Below, one piece after another: positions 48,659 through 61,079 of a stretch of 64,000 nt of DNA; position 1 is the stretch's first letter, and each line of letters begins with the position of its first letter. The DNA is from Kondoa subrosea (lineage: Eukaryota). The DNA lies in assembly GCA_039545335.1 (NCBI GenBank), contig BCIN01000007.1:248001-312000 (forward strand). Reading direction: 5' to 3'. The notes beneath the pieces are model-generated. The model made no database searches, was not told the DNA's origin, and worked only from the letters and a program-made list of their open reading frames with translations. Position numbers and translations under genes: made by a program.

Positions 48659-49699
48659 ATGAATGCTTTATCGCAAGCCCGTATCAAGCCTAAGGCCAAG
48701 CCAAAGATCAAACAACCTGCAGCATCCACTTCTAAGCTCTCCAAAGCTCCTCTGCGACATTCTCACGCCGTTCCAAATTCACCACCTTTCTACTCTAATC
48801 CTCCTCTTTACTCACCCACAGCTACTCCAGCTGATGTCCTACGCTCTACTCTTGCTATCTCTGATCAAACCATTGCTGGAAAAGTAAGCAAGAAGCATCT
48901 CTCGCTCAAGAACCCAGCAGGTTCTTCCAAACTTACTACCAAACTCAAATTAAGTAAAGCTGGAGAGAAAGAGAAAAGATTGAAAGCAAAGATCAGAGGT
49001 CATAAAGTAAGAGGACTGTTACCACGAACCGATAGGAAAGTAGGGAAAGCTTTGGATTATGCTACAGCTCAAGGGTTGCATTTACTTTGGTTAGGATATA
49101 TTGGTGATGTGTTGGATTTACAATTGGAAGGAGCTAGAGCGAAAGGAGAAGGTCAACAAGAAGAACCTACTGCGACGGTAGAGAAAGTGGAAGAAGATGT
49201 GGAAGAAAGAGTGGATCGATATCATGCTACGCAACAAGGCTTCAGTCCTTCGCAAGTACAAAGCTGGCATACTAAATTAGTTAAGGCCGACTATCATGGG
49301 GCTTTTCTTCGAGGTGAGCCTATTCAGGCTACACTATGATGGTGCTAATGCAGCGAATAGTCAAACAATCCATGAATGTATCAATCGTTGGGCTAGAAGG
49401 CATCGTCATACAAGAAACAGAAGGGACTTGGTCTATCGTGACTCGAAAGAATGCCATCAAAGGTATTTCGCTTCACCATTCTACGGAACTTGACTTACCT
49501 TCTGATTTTAGTCCTACCGAAACCTGGAGCGATCTTTACTCTCACTCTACCTCTACTTGCTAAGCCAAATGAACCGAAACGTGAACTCAAATTTGATCTG
49601 TCTGGTTCTCAATTTGCGCATCGAGATAGAGTGGGAAGGAAATGGAAAGCTTCTGTTGTGGCAGAATTTGGTCCAGAAGATGCGGCAATGTATTTCTAA
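48659..49699 (+). CDS. POP4: RNase P/MRP subunit p29 (Pop4/Rpp29)
   Basis: LHLLWLGYI, KLVKADYHGAFLR/VKQS...VGLEGIVIQETEGTWSIVT.../LPKPGAIF...LSGSQFAHRDRVGRKWK. Confidence 0.9.
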
Positions 49700-49769
49700 A
49701 CATATTATCTACAGCAGAGGAATAGGCATAGCTGCCAATGTACAAGTTCGAGATTGGAAAGACTATCGC

Positions 49770-50885
49770 TTAATGATGTACTGCCCCTCTTGTCAAAGTG
49801 GCCGAATGATATATCTCGCCAGGACTAGGTGCATGAAAAGGTGCGAGTTCTTCCGGAAGAGCTGCGTGTTGAAGATCCATAATCCAAACCCTGAACATAG
49901 CCCCTATAGAAGTTCCCAAATCTTTTAAGAGTTGAAGATCCTGTTGTCGGTCTTGTGCCATCAGCTGTTTGGTCAAACCCTGATCGCATTTTGACACGAA
50001 GCTGTGACCAAAAGACTCGCATTCACTGTCGAAAGTGTCTCCATGTTTCTTGAGACTCATACCCAACTCTTTAAGCAGTCTCAAGCACATATTCGGTATT
50101 GTCACTGTGGTTTCTTGATGTCTGCATTCCCAGAAAATTTGCAACCAATCGTGAGGATCGAAACCAAAATGTGTTTGCAAAAGACCACCAGGAGCAAGAA
50201 GTTTGTCTAGAGTGATGCTGATATAAGCATAGGGAGGAATACATCCATAGATGACAATTTCTTCTTGCCGCTTTGCATTTTGCATAAAATCGTGCAGTAT
50301 TGTGCTATGGTTTCTGTGGGCAAGACTTGGTTCGAATTCGACATGCTTCAGCAGAGCTTCGTCCTGTTTCTCTGTACGGGTTCGATACAGATGCGCGACA
50401 TCTTGAACGTAGTGCGGAATACACTTATGTGGAAGGATAGCCATAAGTTGAATCTTCTTCATTTTTTCGAAAACAGTTTCAGGTGGAATAGAGTCATTGT
50501 CCGTCGAGTAGTAAGAGTTACTCAATGCCCAAACCGCGGCATACAGCCACGATCGCGAGCAGTAATTCAGGACATTGTTCGCTGCTCTGGCTGAGCCAGC
50601 CTTCAAGTCTTCGCGCAAAACATAGTCTTCTACTTCTCTTCTGATGCGCGGCTGAATAGCCCGATCAAGCTCCGCAGAAGTAGTCAAATGGCCCAAAGCA
50701 GGAGGGATATGACCATGCACTGGATCATGCCGGTAAATTCGAGTAGGACGGTCGGTAACACGACCATCGCGAGTCGGAATGCAGAGCCCGCGCCAGATAA
50801 TGGCAGGTATATGCTCTTGGTCAGAGGCGACAACTTGAGCAGCTTGAGCTTGAGAAGGAGCAACTGCAGCGGAATGTCTGGACAT
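49770..50885 (-). CDS. Intronless orphan with putative ADP-ribosyltransferase-fold domain
   Basis: Open frame 49770-51131, likely start MSRHS at 50885. Motifs in order: IPAIIWRG (R), NYCSRSWLYAAVWAL (S-x-S), AKRQEEIVIYGCIPPYAYI (Q-x-E followed by GxIP). Confidence 0.65.
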   Translation of the reverse strand: MSRHSAAVAPSQAQAAQVVASDQEHIPAIIWRGLCIPTRDGRVTDRPTRIYRHDPVHGHIPPALGHLTTSAELDRAIQPRIRREVEDYVLREDLKAGSARAANNVLNYCSRSWLYAAVWALSNSYYSTDNDSIPPETVFEKMKKIQLMAILPHKCIPHYVQDVAHLYRTRTEKQDEALLKHVEFEPSLAHRNHSTILHDFMQNAKRQEEIVIYGCIPPYAYISITLDKLLAPGGLLQTHFGFDPHDWLQIFWECRHQETTVTIPNMCLRLLKELGMSLKKHGDTFDSECESFGHSFVSKCDQGLTKQLMAQDRQQDLQLLKDLGTSIGAMFRVWIMDLQHAALPEELAPFHAPSPGEIYHSATLTRGAVHH

Positions 50886-51549
50886 GATGATGATGCTTCG
50901 ATCTGCGAACAGAAAATGAGATAAAATACGATTATGGAGTCGTCGTCGAAGAGAAAAGAGAGAGCTAAAGAGTTTAATCGAAAGATATGGGATTCTGATT
51001 GATAAAGGGAAATGTAAGTTGGTCATTGACTCTGGATCATTGACTCTGGGTAAGATCTGTAGAGGAAGAGCATGTAAATGAGGAATAGAATTGTTGGCGA
51101 GTCTGCTACCGAACGCTGGAAAGCATACCAATTGCTACAATGGAAAATCTGGACTGTATTGGGCGATGAGACTAGAGTTCATTAACTGAAAGACAAGAAG
51201 CGCATGCTGAGCTTTCACGAGAGGATGCTAGTAACTTGAGAGTATACGCGCCGACTTGAAGAAGATCACTCAATTCCCTAGCGAATTGATCTGAGTTGAA
51301 ACACAGCCTCTCGCGGCCTATAGCATTGTAATATCGTCCCGCTGATACGCATAGTGTGCTCCGTGGTCTACGGACAAGTCCAACAAGTCAAATGTCCAAT
51401 TGAGTTTTTCAGGCCTGAGCGCTCCGAGTTTTGCCATAGATCCAGGAGTGGGTCTTGTGTGAGCTGTGGGAAGTACAAGTGCAGCCACAGAGGGTCGTAT
51501 CCAGAAGGATCCTTCGTCGGTGCTCGTCAACCTAACACGTCGAACAGAA

Positions 51550-52967
51550 ATGCGATTCTCACTGAGTTCCCTTTTAGTGACAGCTCTAGCTTGCGTCTAC
51601 ACAGGTTCGCTCTCTCTTTCCTCTCTCATTCTTCCATCACATAAGGATGTCTCGTTCTGATTCCATGAATTCAGCCAATGCGGCAGATGCTAAAGGTCCT
51701 ATCATCACCAACCAGTGCGTTGATCACACATCAATACGCGTTCCCATGAGCTGACGAAATGTTCTCAAGAGTATACTTTGATATGAAGCATGGAGATAAA
51801 GATCTTGTCTGTGCCCAAATGACCTAATGCTACTAGAAATCTGGCTGATCAGTACGACAGGGAAGAATCGTAATGGGTATGTTCTCGCACATGCTCTGCG
51901 GACGCGCGCTAATAGAAAGAAAACAGGTCTTTATGGCAAGGTCAGCCTTTGCGAGGGATCATATGATTATATTCTCAGCTATTGGTATGACAGACTGTAC
52001 CTAAGGTTCGCCCTTCCTTGTTTTGCTGATATAACCAGCTCAGAACCAATTGGGGAGAACAGACCGCAGAGAACTTCGTAAAGCTCGCTACCGGTGAAAT
52101 GGGTTTTGGCTACCAAGGCTCTACTTTCCAGTAAGCTTGTCTCTGATGATTCCTAAGTGTTCGCTCACGAGATTTATAGCCGTGTGATCAAGGACTTCAG
52201 TAAGCTGCATCGCATCCTCGGACAGAGTTGTCAGTGAACTGTCGGATTACAGTGATTCAGGGAGGAGACTTCACGAGAGGCGACGGAACTGGTGGAAAGG
52301 TTAACTTCACTTAATCGTATCGCTCTGTATGGTACTCAAACTATTTGCAGTCCATCTATGGCGCTAAATTCCCAGATGAGAACTTCAAGATCAAGCATGA
52401 ACGTGGATCTTTGTCAATGGCCAACTCAGGCAAAGACACCAATGGATCGCAGGCCAGTCCTAGATTTTGCTTGTCTGGCGATCTTATCCTGATATTTTGT
52501 CACTGTAGTTCTTCCTTTGCACTAGTGCGTCAAGTACTGCAACCGTTAAGCACTCGCTGACATTATTTGTCAACAGTCAAGACTAGCTGGTTAGATGGTT
52601 AGTCTTCACCGTTCTCATCCTCGTTAACCTCGGCTCATACGCGATTCGTATACAGGTCGTCATGTCGGTATGTGAATCCTTTAAGCAAGCTTGTCGCTTG
52701 TTCCTGAGGCTTCGTATGTACAGTCTTCGGTCGAGTTTTAGAAGGCATGGATGTCGTTGACACTATCGAGAACGTACCTAAAGGAGCTGGCGACAAGCCA
52801 AAGGAAAAGGTCATCATAGTCGCTTCTGGTGAACTACCTCTACCAGAAGAGAAGTAAGCTTTCTTTCGATTTCTTCTGTACTCTTGTTATTGTGATCTGA
52901 TTGTGTATACAAAATTGACAGAGTGGATGAAGAAGGCAAACCTATTCCTTACAGAGGAGAACTCTGA
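51550..52967 (+). CDS. CPR5: ER-lumenal cyclophilin B (peptidyl-prolyl cis-trans isomerase)
   Basis: Signal peptide [99 protein letters not shown]; ends RGEL* (HDEL-like); about 13 introns. Confidence 0.96.
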
Positions 52968-53078
52968 CTATATCTAGCTGCTTCACTCATCGTTGTCGGT
53001 TTGCTAGCTTGGCAATGGTCAGCGAGGAAACAAAACGGTCAATATAAGAAGGTGGATGCATACGGTCTTTCAGCATAA
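52965..53078 (+). other. Candidate stop-codon readthrough element (TGA CTA) with in-frame 36-codon membrane-anchor extension
   Basis: GAA CTC TGA CTA TAT CTA GCT GCT TCA CTC ATC GTT GTC GGT TTG CTA GCT TGG CAA TGG ... GCA TAA, encoding LYLAASLIVVGLLAWQWSARKQNGQYKKVDAYGLSA*. Confidence 0.6.
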
Positions 53079-53148
53079 AGAATTATTAAATTGCATTATC
53101 AAATGATACAAAATATTTTACATGCGGTCTTTATCATCAGGTCTAAGG

Positions 53149-54448
53149 CTATAGAGGTGGTAGCTGCTTGTTTTGCAATCCTGTTCTGGCTTTGATAAGG
53201 CTTAGAATGGTATCGTTGACTGGAGTTTTGATGCTGTGTCTCTTGCCAAGGCTTGCAATGTAGCCCTAGACTCAGAGTCAGCTGTAACCATGATCAATCT
53301 CATCATACGAACATTGATGAATTCGCTTTGGATCGCAAGATTAGGATACTTGAAGTATTCGGACTGGGAGAAACTCACATTTCTGTTTCTGTCTTGCCTG
53401 ATCTGATATCAGAGCACATACTAGAGATGTTTGCTCCCATTGGTCCGAGATTCCTCAGCATCTCTTCATATAATTCTTGCGCTGTCATGCCATGCAAATT
53501 CATGATCTCTGGTTCTTCAGCTTGGAACACTTGAACCGCTTCCAATACTATCGATCTGACTAAATCCTTTGCGGGTTCGCTCTCAAGTAAAGATCCGTTG
53601 CGTATATTGAGGACAGCGGTGAGAGGGTTGACCACAGCATTCATTAGTAGTTTCTTGATTCTGATCTGCTGGAATTGCTGCCATGGTAAAAGAGAGATAT
53701 TGAGATCGGTAAGAGAATCCAGAAGATGCATTAGAGGCTGTAGGTCCGTCTTCAAAAGATCTGGGGGTATTGCATAGGAGATTGACCCTCTTGCTGCCCA
53801 AACAGCGTGAAGATTAGGTCGAGGAGATTTCATATACTGCATGAGTACTGAATAACATCTCAGGATGAATTATTATCGACTTACAACTCCTTGTAGTATC
53901 GATGTAGGCACTATCCGGGGCATTTCGCGCTCGCTGAACACTTCTCTCTTGAGCATTTCTTCCACACCCATGCCATTTCTGTTCAGAGATCAGGTGGATT
54001 AAGCCTCGTGCAACTCGAGAGACCAGATGAAAGCTGACTGTAGAAGTACAAGCACTGAAGAAGCGCTTATACGCGACTTGAGCTGTCTCAAGCTGGAAAA
54101 TGATGATTGTGCTTTACAGCAAACCAACAGGAGTTCGATAGGAAGAGAGCTAGCAAAATCTTCTTGACGGGAGTCTACAATACTATTGATAGCTTCGCCA
54201 GGGATTTCGAGAGTGACAGTCAAAGGCTTCTCGGGCTCGTCGCGAGAGAGCAGAATAGGTTCGAAGCGAGCTCTTCGAAGATGATGAGCGAATAGAGATC
54301 CGATACTATCAAAGGCACTGAGACAAAGACTGATTAACTCAGAAAAGTCTTACGCTCCGACTACAATTCGAACATGAGGAAAAGTAGGGCGGAGGAAAGG
54401 TCAAACGCCTCACATACCTCCAAGAATGCGCACAGAAGGTACAGTCAT
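53149..54448 (-). CDS. PAN5: 2-dehydropantoate 2-reductase (ketopantoate reductase, ApbA/PanE family)
   Basis: MTVPSVRILG/VGA/IGSLFAHHL, LLVCCKA, LLQ/NGMGV, KKLLMNAVVNPLTA, NISSMCSDI, TETE, TPVN. Confidence 0.88.
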
Positions 54449-54687
54449 GCTGCAAGTGCAAGAGCGGCACGGAGGAATGTCGTGGTAAACAGAGAACTTG
54501 AAGTCTAGTGTGAATGCATGTTCAAAGTGTTTCTTCGAGTGTTTCTGGACATGTGCACTGTTGTATGCGCCTTGACTAAAAGCGACGATAGCAGGCTATG
54601 AATCTATGATGCTTGAATGCTGCTATTTACAGGTCTGCTTGTTTACATCTAAATGACATCTGAACGATCCGAATTAGTGAGAGCCTT

Positions 54688-57600
54688 TTACGAGCTCTTT
54701 TTGCTGCTCTTGAGCTTGGTCATCATCGTAGAAGGAGACAACTTGCTTCCGATGTGCTTGATCTGGAAAAGATAGAAGAAAAGATAACACAGCTGAACAC
54801 CAAAGTTAGCATATATGGGTCGATTGCTGCGGAGTAACCCTTACGATGACGTTGGATACGCAATAGCACAAGAATACACCAAAGTAGATCCACTTGTCAT
54901 TGAAATAGGCATTCAGTGAAGCTGCAAACTCATCGCCTCGCTGAAATTGACAATAGCCGCAATCAGCTGTTGCTGTAGGATTTGATAAGTAGCCTGTTGC
55001 AGATTGAACGAAAGCCCCAGCGTATTCTTTATGTCTGGTCAGCACTTATCCACCATCGTCGCCGCTCTACACACCTTGACATGTTTGTTGAGCTGGAGGC
55101 TGAAAGATTGCAAGTTCGGCCTGTCTACACTGTACTGGCAGATTATGCAGGAGAGTCGCTACTTGACCTTTGATGAACCAAGCCAGAGGATTTGCATCTG
55201 TTTGAATTGTAGTATGAGCGAAATTGACAGCTAATTCAGTTCCCAAAACGCACAAAGTAGGAAATATCGATATAAAGCATTGAGCTGATTATAGGGAACG
55301 ATGACCCCGGAGATCAGATTGAGCGTAACAAGTAAGAAGGGCAGGGAGTTGGCCACAAAGCTAGGAGATTGGGCCATAGCGCAAAGACTGCTGCCAGATA
55401 AGTACAATTTGACAGACTAAAGAATGCACTTACCCATGTGCGAAAGTTGGAACAAAGAGCATGACTAGTATAGAGATGAGTAACGAGTAGATCGCTTGTT
55501 CGCCGGTCGGGAAATAGGCGATCCAATACCAGAGAAGCCAATAGACGAATCCCGCAAGTATAGCATAAGGCACTATTGGGAGACAGATTAGACACAATAA
55601 TCCGCGATGCAAAAGAGACTTGCCTTCGTTGAGAAGCATCGCTGTCATTAATGCAATCCAGCTGTATGTACGACTGTGTCTTTCTCTGCTCGTGTAAAGA
55701 GACTTAATGACGAAGTGCTTTGGAATTGAGGCATTGAGAAGAGCAGGAATGACCACTATACAATTCTTCAGCCATCGCCACAAAGTATAATGCTGCAACT
55801 TACAGATAATGAGAAAAACGGAGAAAGCAGCTTGCTGAAGCTGATTTTGATTCTTCGGTCCACGCCCGATGCGATAGAAGGCGAATCCATTGAATAAGCC
55901 GACCAGAATAACTGTGAACAGCTTCCCCTGCATTGGGACAGAAAGCTTAGCAATGAAATTTTGGCCAATACAGCATTTCGACTTACATATCCGTAGCTTG
56001 CATCTCTCCAGAAGTTACGAGCACTGAGAATCGGCTTGAGTACCAGACTGCCCTACAAATGTTACTTCACTTACACTCTCGCACTGAGCATTCTGATTTG
56101 CTGTGGAAGTGCCGCCGCATACTTTTCCTTCAGAATAGGATCAGTCTCGTCCGGCAGATTGGAGCGCTCGGCAACAATCTTGTCGACTTCTGCTCGTTCT
56201 AGCTTGCATTCTTCACTTTCGAGCCAAATATCTGCCCACGACCGATTGTTCGGACCTGGTTGACCGACTACTTCGACAGCGTATTCTGCTATATTCTCGC
56301 TGTCTTCACACTTCCTTGCACCTTTGCCTTCAAAGTATTTCTGGATATCTGTGATATTGCCGTGAAATGCGGTACGTCCACCTTTGCTTAGAAGTAGCAA
56401 GCGGTCGAAGTATTCAGTGAGCAGCACGCTACTGGGTTGATGTATTGTCACAAGCAAAGATTGCTTCGCCTTAGCAAGCTGTACACGAATCAGCCGATTC
56501 CAGGGCTTGGAAACCTCAAACATACCTTCTTCAGGAAACGACCGATTTGCAAAGCACCTTCAGAGCTCAGGCCTGCGACAAGTCAATTCAATTCAAATCA
56601 GGGCAATTCTCTTTTATAATGCAGACTCTGGGCTTACCGGATGTCGGTTCGTCCAAGAACAGGGTAAGACTAGGCTTGGCAGCCAGCTCGACAGCAATAG
56701 TAAGACGTTTCTTCTCTTCCACAGACAAAGAGCCGGTCACAGCATCAGATAGAGTCTCTAGACCAAGTAAATTGATGACAGAATCCACTTGCTGCATCTT
56801 CTCTTCGTGTGAAACAGCTCGAGACTGACGAAGTAGAGCAGAGAATTCAATGGATTCGCGGACTGTCGCTGTTGCATCATGAACGTCCATTTGTTCAGCA
56901 TAGCCGGTTTCTGTGAAAAACCGATCAGCGAAAGGTCGGAGCGACAGCATGCTACTTACGTCGAGCGAAAGCACTCGTCAAGGGTTTCCCGTCAATAAGC
57001 ATTTCGCCGGAAACTTGACGCGGATCATGACGTTGTGAGAGAGTGTTTAGTAGAGTTGTCTTGCCCGCCTGCGCGAGAAAGTCAGCTATCACATTCGATG
57101 ACGATTGATTAGCGAAAGTTCTCGTACCCCCGATGCGCCCATCAGAGCTGTGTTTTTGCCTGGATAGACCATTCCAGTCACATTATCTAATAATTGACGT
57201 GGCCCTTCTGAAGTTGGCACAGTATAGCAAACATCTTTGAAAGTGTAGATCGAAGCGGATTGACTCAAAGCAGGCAAATTTCCTTCGCCTGTTTCCTTCG
57301 ACGCTGTCTTTTCTCCGCTTTCCTCGTCTGATGGCTTGCTTGCAGAAGCGGCTGTCTCTTTTGCCTTCTTCGTCCGGACAAAAACAGTGGCAGCTCCACC
57401 TGAACCACTAAGATCGAACAATTCGGTGAAGAGTGCTGCTGCAGCAATGTAAGCTAGAGAGTAAGCAATGCAAATGCCAAGATTTCTCCAAAGATGCGCT
57501 CTGGTATATCCAAAAGATTGCTGAATGTAAGCACCACCATTGACGAGAAGACTGCCGGGAGTGGATCCGACAACTGCGCATGATTGGTTCTCGACGGCAG

Positions 57601-60518
57601 CATTAGCGACCTGCGGTACTATCTGAGCGCCAACGCATCTGAATTGAGTATTCGTGAATTCGTTGGCGATTAGAGCTTCGAAACTGCACGATCGCATGAG
57701 CATTGATAACAGCTTTTGGATATGAAAGATCCACCTGAAGGAGATTGGCTGTACGTATGAGATCCACTTGAACCAAGAAGGCATGAGTTCCCGAGGAATG
57801 ACCTGTAAGCAAGCATTGAGCATCTAAATTGTTCTCTTGCTGTCATGTACTCACATATCCAACGAATATAACAGCGATGTTGAGGCCCATCACCGAGAAG
57901 CGACTGTAATACAGAATCAATGTCAGCTAAGCAAGATGAGGGCGGCAAAACTGACATTGCCGTGTCGAATTCTGCACTCAAACTTGCTACCATGCGGAAG
58001 AAAGTAGTCAAATCTGTATGAAATTAGCTTGATGTCTAAATTGTGCTAAAGTTGTAGACCTACTAAAAGTTGAGACAATAACAAATCTGCATGGTGATTT
58101 AGCAGAGGAGACAGCAAATGGATCGATACGTACAGCAGGTATATGAAGAACCGACTGGCTGAAGCTTGCAGGCCGGACATGAAGTAGAAGATGATCGAAA
58201 AAATGATAGATTGCATAAAGTTGAGCTGTGAAGATGTCAGCTTGTCATACAACAGACCTGGTTGTTACTCACTGGCATATCGACGACTAATTGAGCAATC
58301 GATACAGCACTTGGTCGATAGAAGGCAAAAGCCCGATGCCTCTGAATGATAGGCCGTCCCTACTATCTCCTTCAGCTTAATTGAAGTAGACGTTTCAGCG
58401 AGACTTACTTGAACAGCTTCATATACATCGCTCAGATTGAGCCACCCAAGAAACAACAGCGAGAAGAAGATAGCTCCGCCTCGAGCAAACATTGAAGCAC
58501 TTGTGTTCTGGCGATCGACTTCGTAGAACATAGCGCCAGCAGTCAGAGCGACTACCACATTTGTGATCGTCTTGATAATGAGAGCAGATGGATCTCCAAG
58601 TTTGATCTGAGCTTGTCGGACTGTCAAAGCCCATACACTTGCCGGGAATGAGACAGTATAAGAAGAACCTTTAGGTTGAGCTTTCGATTTTTCTTGTCGT
58701 ACAGTCTTCTTTAGCTGGTCTTTCAAATTCGCATCTTCAAACTATCACGCCACTCGTGAGATCAAGTCGATCTGAATTGATCATCGAACTTACTTCTTTC
58801 TGTACTTTATCAATCTCTGCCATGTTGTCTTTGTTTCTTTGCGATTCCTTGAAAGCCCTCGCTCGCTCTTCCGGTGTTCGAGGTGCTTTCTTCTCAAATC
58901 CTTCCCTGAAGCGAACTTCTTCCGGATCAGTAACGCTAGTAAGAGCATCTGCTGTGGTTTGACGATCAGAGAAAGAGTATCCTAGGTCGTAGAAATATTG
59001 TCTAGCTTCTATAGCAGGTCCGAAATACTATCGAGGGATATGTTGATCAGCCTATGCCAGAATTGAAACGAAGCGATCTTACGATGCACAGTCCTTTGTC
59101 GATGACCAAGACTTTGTCAAATAGCTCATAAATGCTTTCTCCAGCTTGATATAAAGTCGCGATCCCGGTCTTGCGTGAAACATCTGTCAGGATCCGCAAA
59201 GATCGTACAAAGTCAAGGGCGCTAGTAGGGCGTCAGAAGAGATCAACTGAGAACACGCAAAGATGCTTACGTGCTCGAGTCTAGACCACGAGTACTCCCA
59301 TCCCATGAAGCTATGGATGATCTTCCGATAAGTGTTTCAGCGACTGTGCCTATGATTGAGCAGAAACCCAGCCAAAGAAAATAAAACTGACTAGATACTC
59401 TTTTACGTTCACCTGTAAAACGGTTCATTGCTCAGCGAAGATTGCGCTGGACCGGAAAACCAATCTTACCTCCCGAGACACCTCGAACCATACTATCGCC
59501 GACAACAGTGTTCTCGGTATGTGTGATTGCAAACATTTTGAGGAGTACTTCATTGACCATGTTGACAAAGGATGATTTGCTTTCATCTCCAGGTCGAAAT
59601 CGCGGGACTTTGTTCTTGATAGCGAATTTGAGCGTTTGTCCTACTGTAAGAGTGGGAAAGTGTTGATCATCTTCTTGACTATTGTAAGCACTCAATTTCA
59701 GCTTCGTTCATTGCCTAAGAAATGACAAGCTGACTTGTAGACAACTTCCCCGCGAAACTTCTTGTCTACGCTTTTTGCATCAATTCCAGCATAATTGACA
59801 TCTCCTTCCACAGCTAAGAAAGATCCACGTTGATTCGTTATAGCTTTGAGGAAAGTAGAGCACCCAGAACCAGGTGAACCCAAAACCAAGAGCATTTCAT
59901 CTTTCAGATAACCATTGAAGTCTTCAATCAAGTTCCTGACAGCAACTTGTCTTCCAGGTATAATTTTGGCAATCGAAGGGAATTGTTCGCAAAGCACATT
60001 GAGAACATTTCCGCCAAAGGAAGCTAGAATCGCTCGATCTAGAGTGTGGACGAAAGAAGCTGTTGATCCTACTCCCTTGACAGTAAGACCACGCCATATA
60101 ACTCCAAGAGGTTTCTCCGTCTGATCATTCTCAGTTTGCTATGCAACACAAGACATATGGATTAGCTAACCTCAATCCCTTCTTCCTCCATAGCAGCGTT
60201 TCTACTTCTGATGAATCTCGCTAAATCAAACGCTTCTCCATCTCCTGATCCATCAACAGCAGTCTGTGAAGAATTGCTCGAGCCAGAGTTACGCTGGTGA
60301 ACTTGTTGATGATGTTGCGAGCGATGGGACGACATTCGTCTAGCCAGTTGAGCAAACACTTCTTTTCCTTCTGATACATTCACACCTCCTCCTTGTACTT
60401 CTTCACCCCATCTCCCTCGACCCAAGAAAGATTGATCAGTCAGTTCTTGATCAACTTGAGCTTGGGCAGAGGCATTTTTAGCAGCCGTGTACTGATCTAC
60501 AGGCCTGGTATTATCCAT
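54688..60518 (-). CDS. Full-size PDR-type (ABCG) multidrug ABC transporter
   Basis: NBD1 [47 protein letters not shown]2 [55 protein letters not shown]; two transmembrane domains; about 20 introns. Confidence 0.96.
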
Positions 60519-61079
60519 CTAGGCTGAAGGAGGGTATTTGTGAGGGAATATCCTTCGCACGTACGTTTGGCCGCTGACAAAAGAGAGCAGGATACAAAAT
60601 ATCACATCATCATTGAATGGAGTTTTGCCGATATTGCCGAGACTGGTTATCACTTTTCGGATCTGCATACTGGTATGCCAGGGCTGATTAGATACAGAGG
60701 AGTAGGATCGGGAGCCAGCGAAGAGGGAAAGCGCGAGACGAATGTGCTATGACCTAACGAATCCAGTCAGTGCTAGGCAGGGAGGCAGAGTCACAGCAGC
60801 TACAGCGGAGTAGATCAGAGGTCATCAGCAATCCAGCGATGGTGTTACTCGAAGTGCGAGTGCAACTTCCCTTTCTTGCTTTTGGCGACCATCTGAAGCA
60901 ATACCACAGCGAATCAAGCTATACACTGAAGCGGAGCATACAGCGCTTTCAGCCTGCGCGATATAGATCACTGTCGAAGGCTTCTCCGAACTTTGAGCTT
61001 CAAGCCTTCGAACTGGAATCTGTGTTGGAAACGGGGTTGCAAGAGCCGTGATTAAGTCGAGAACAGGGAAGAAGGGATA

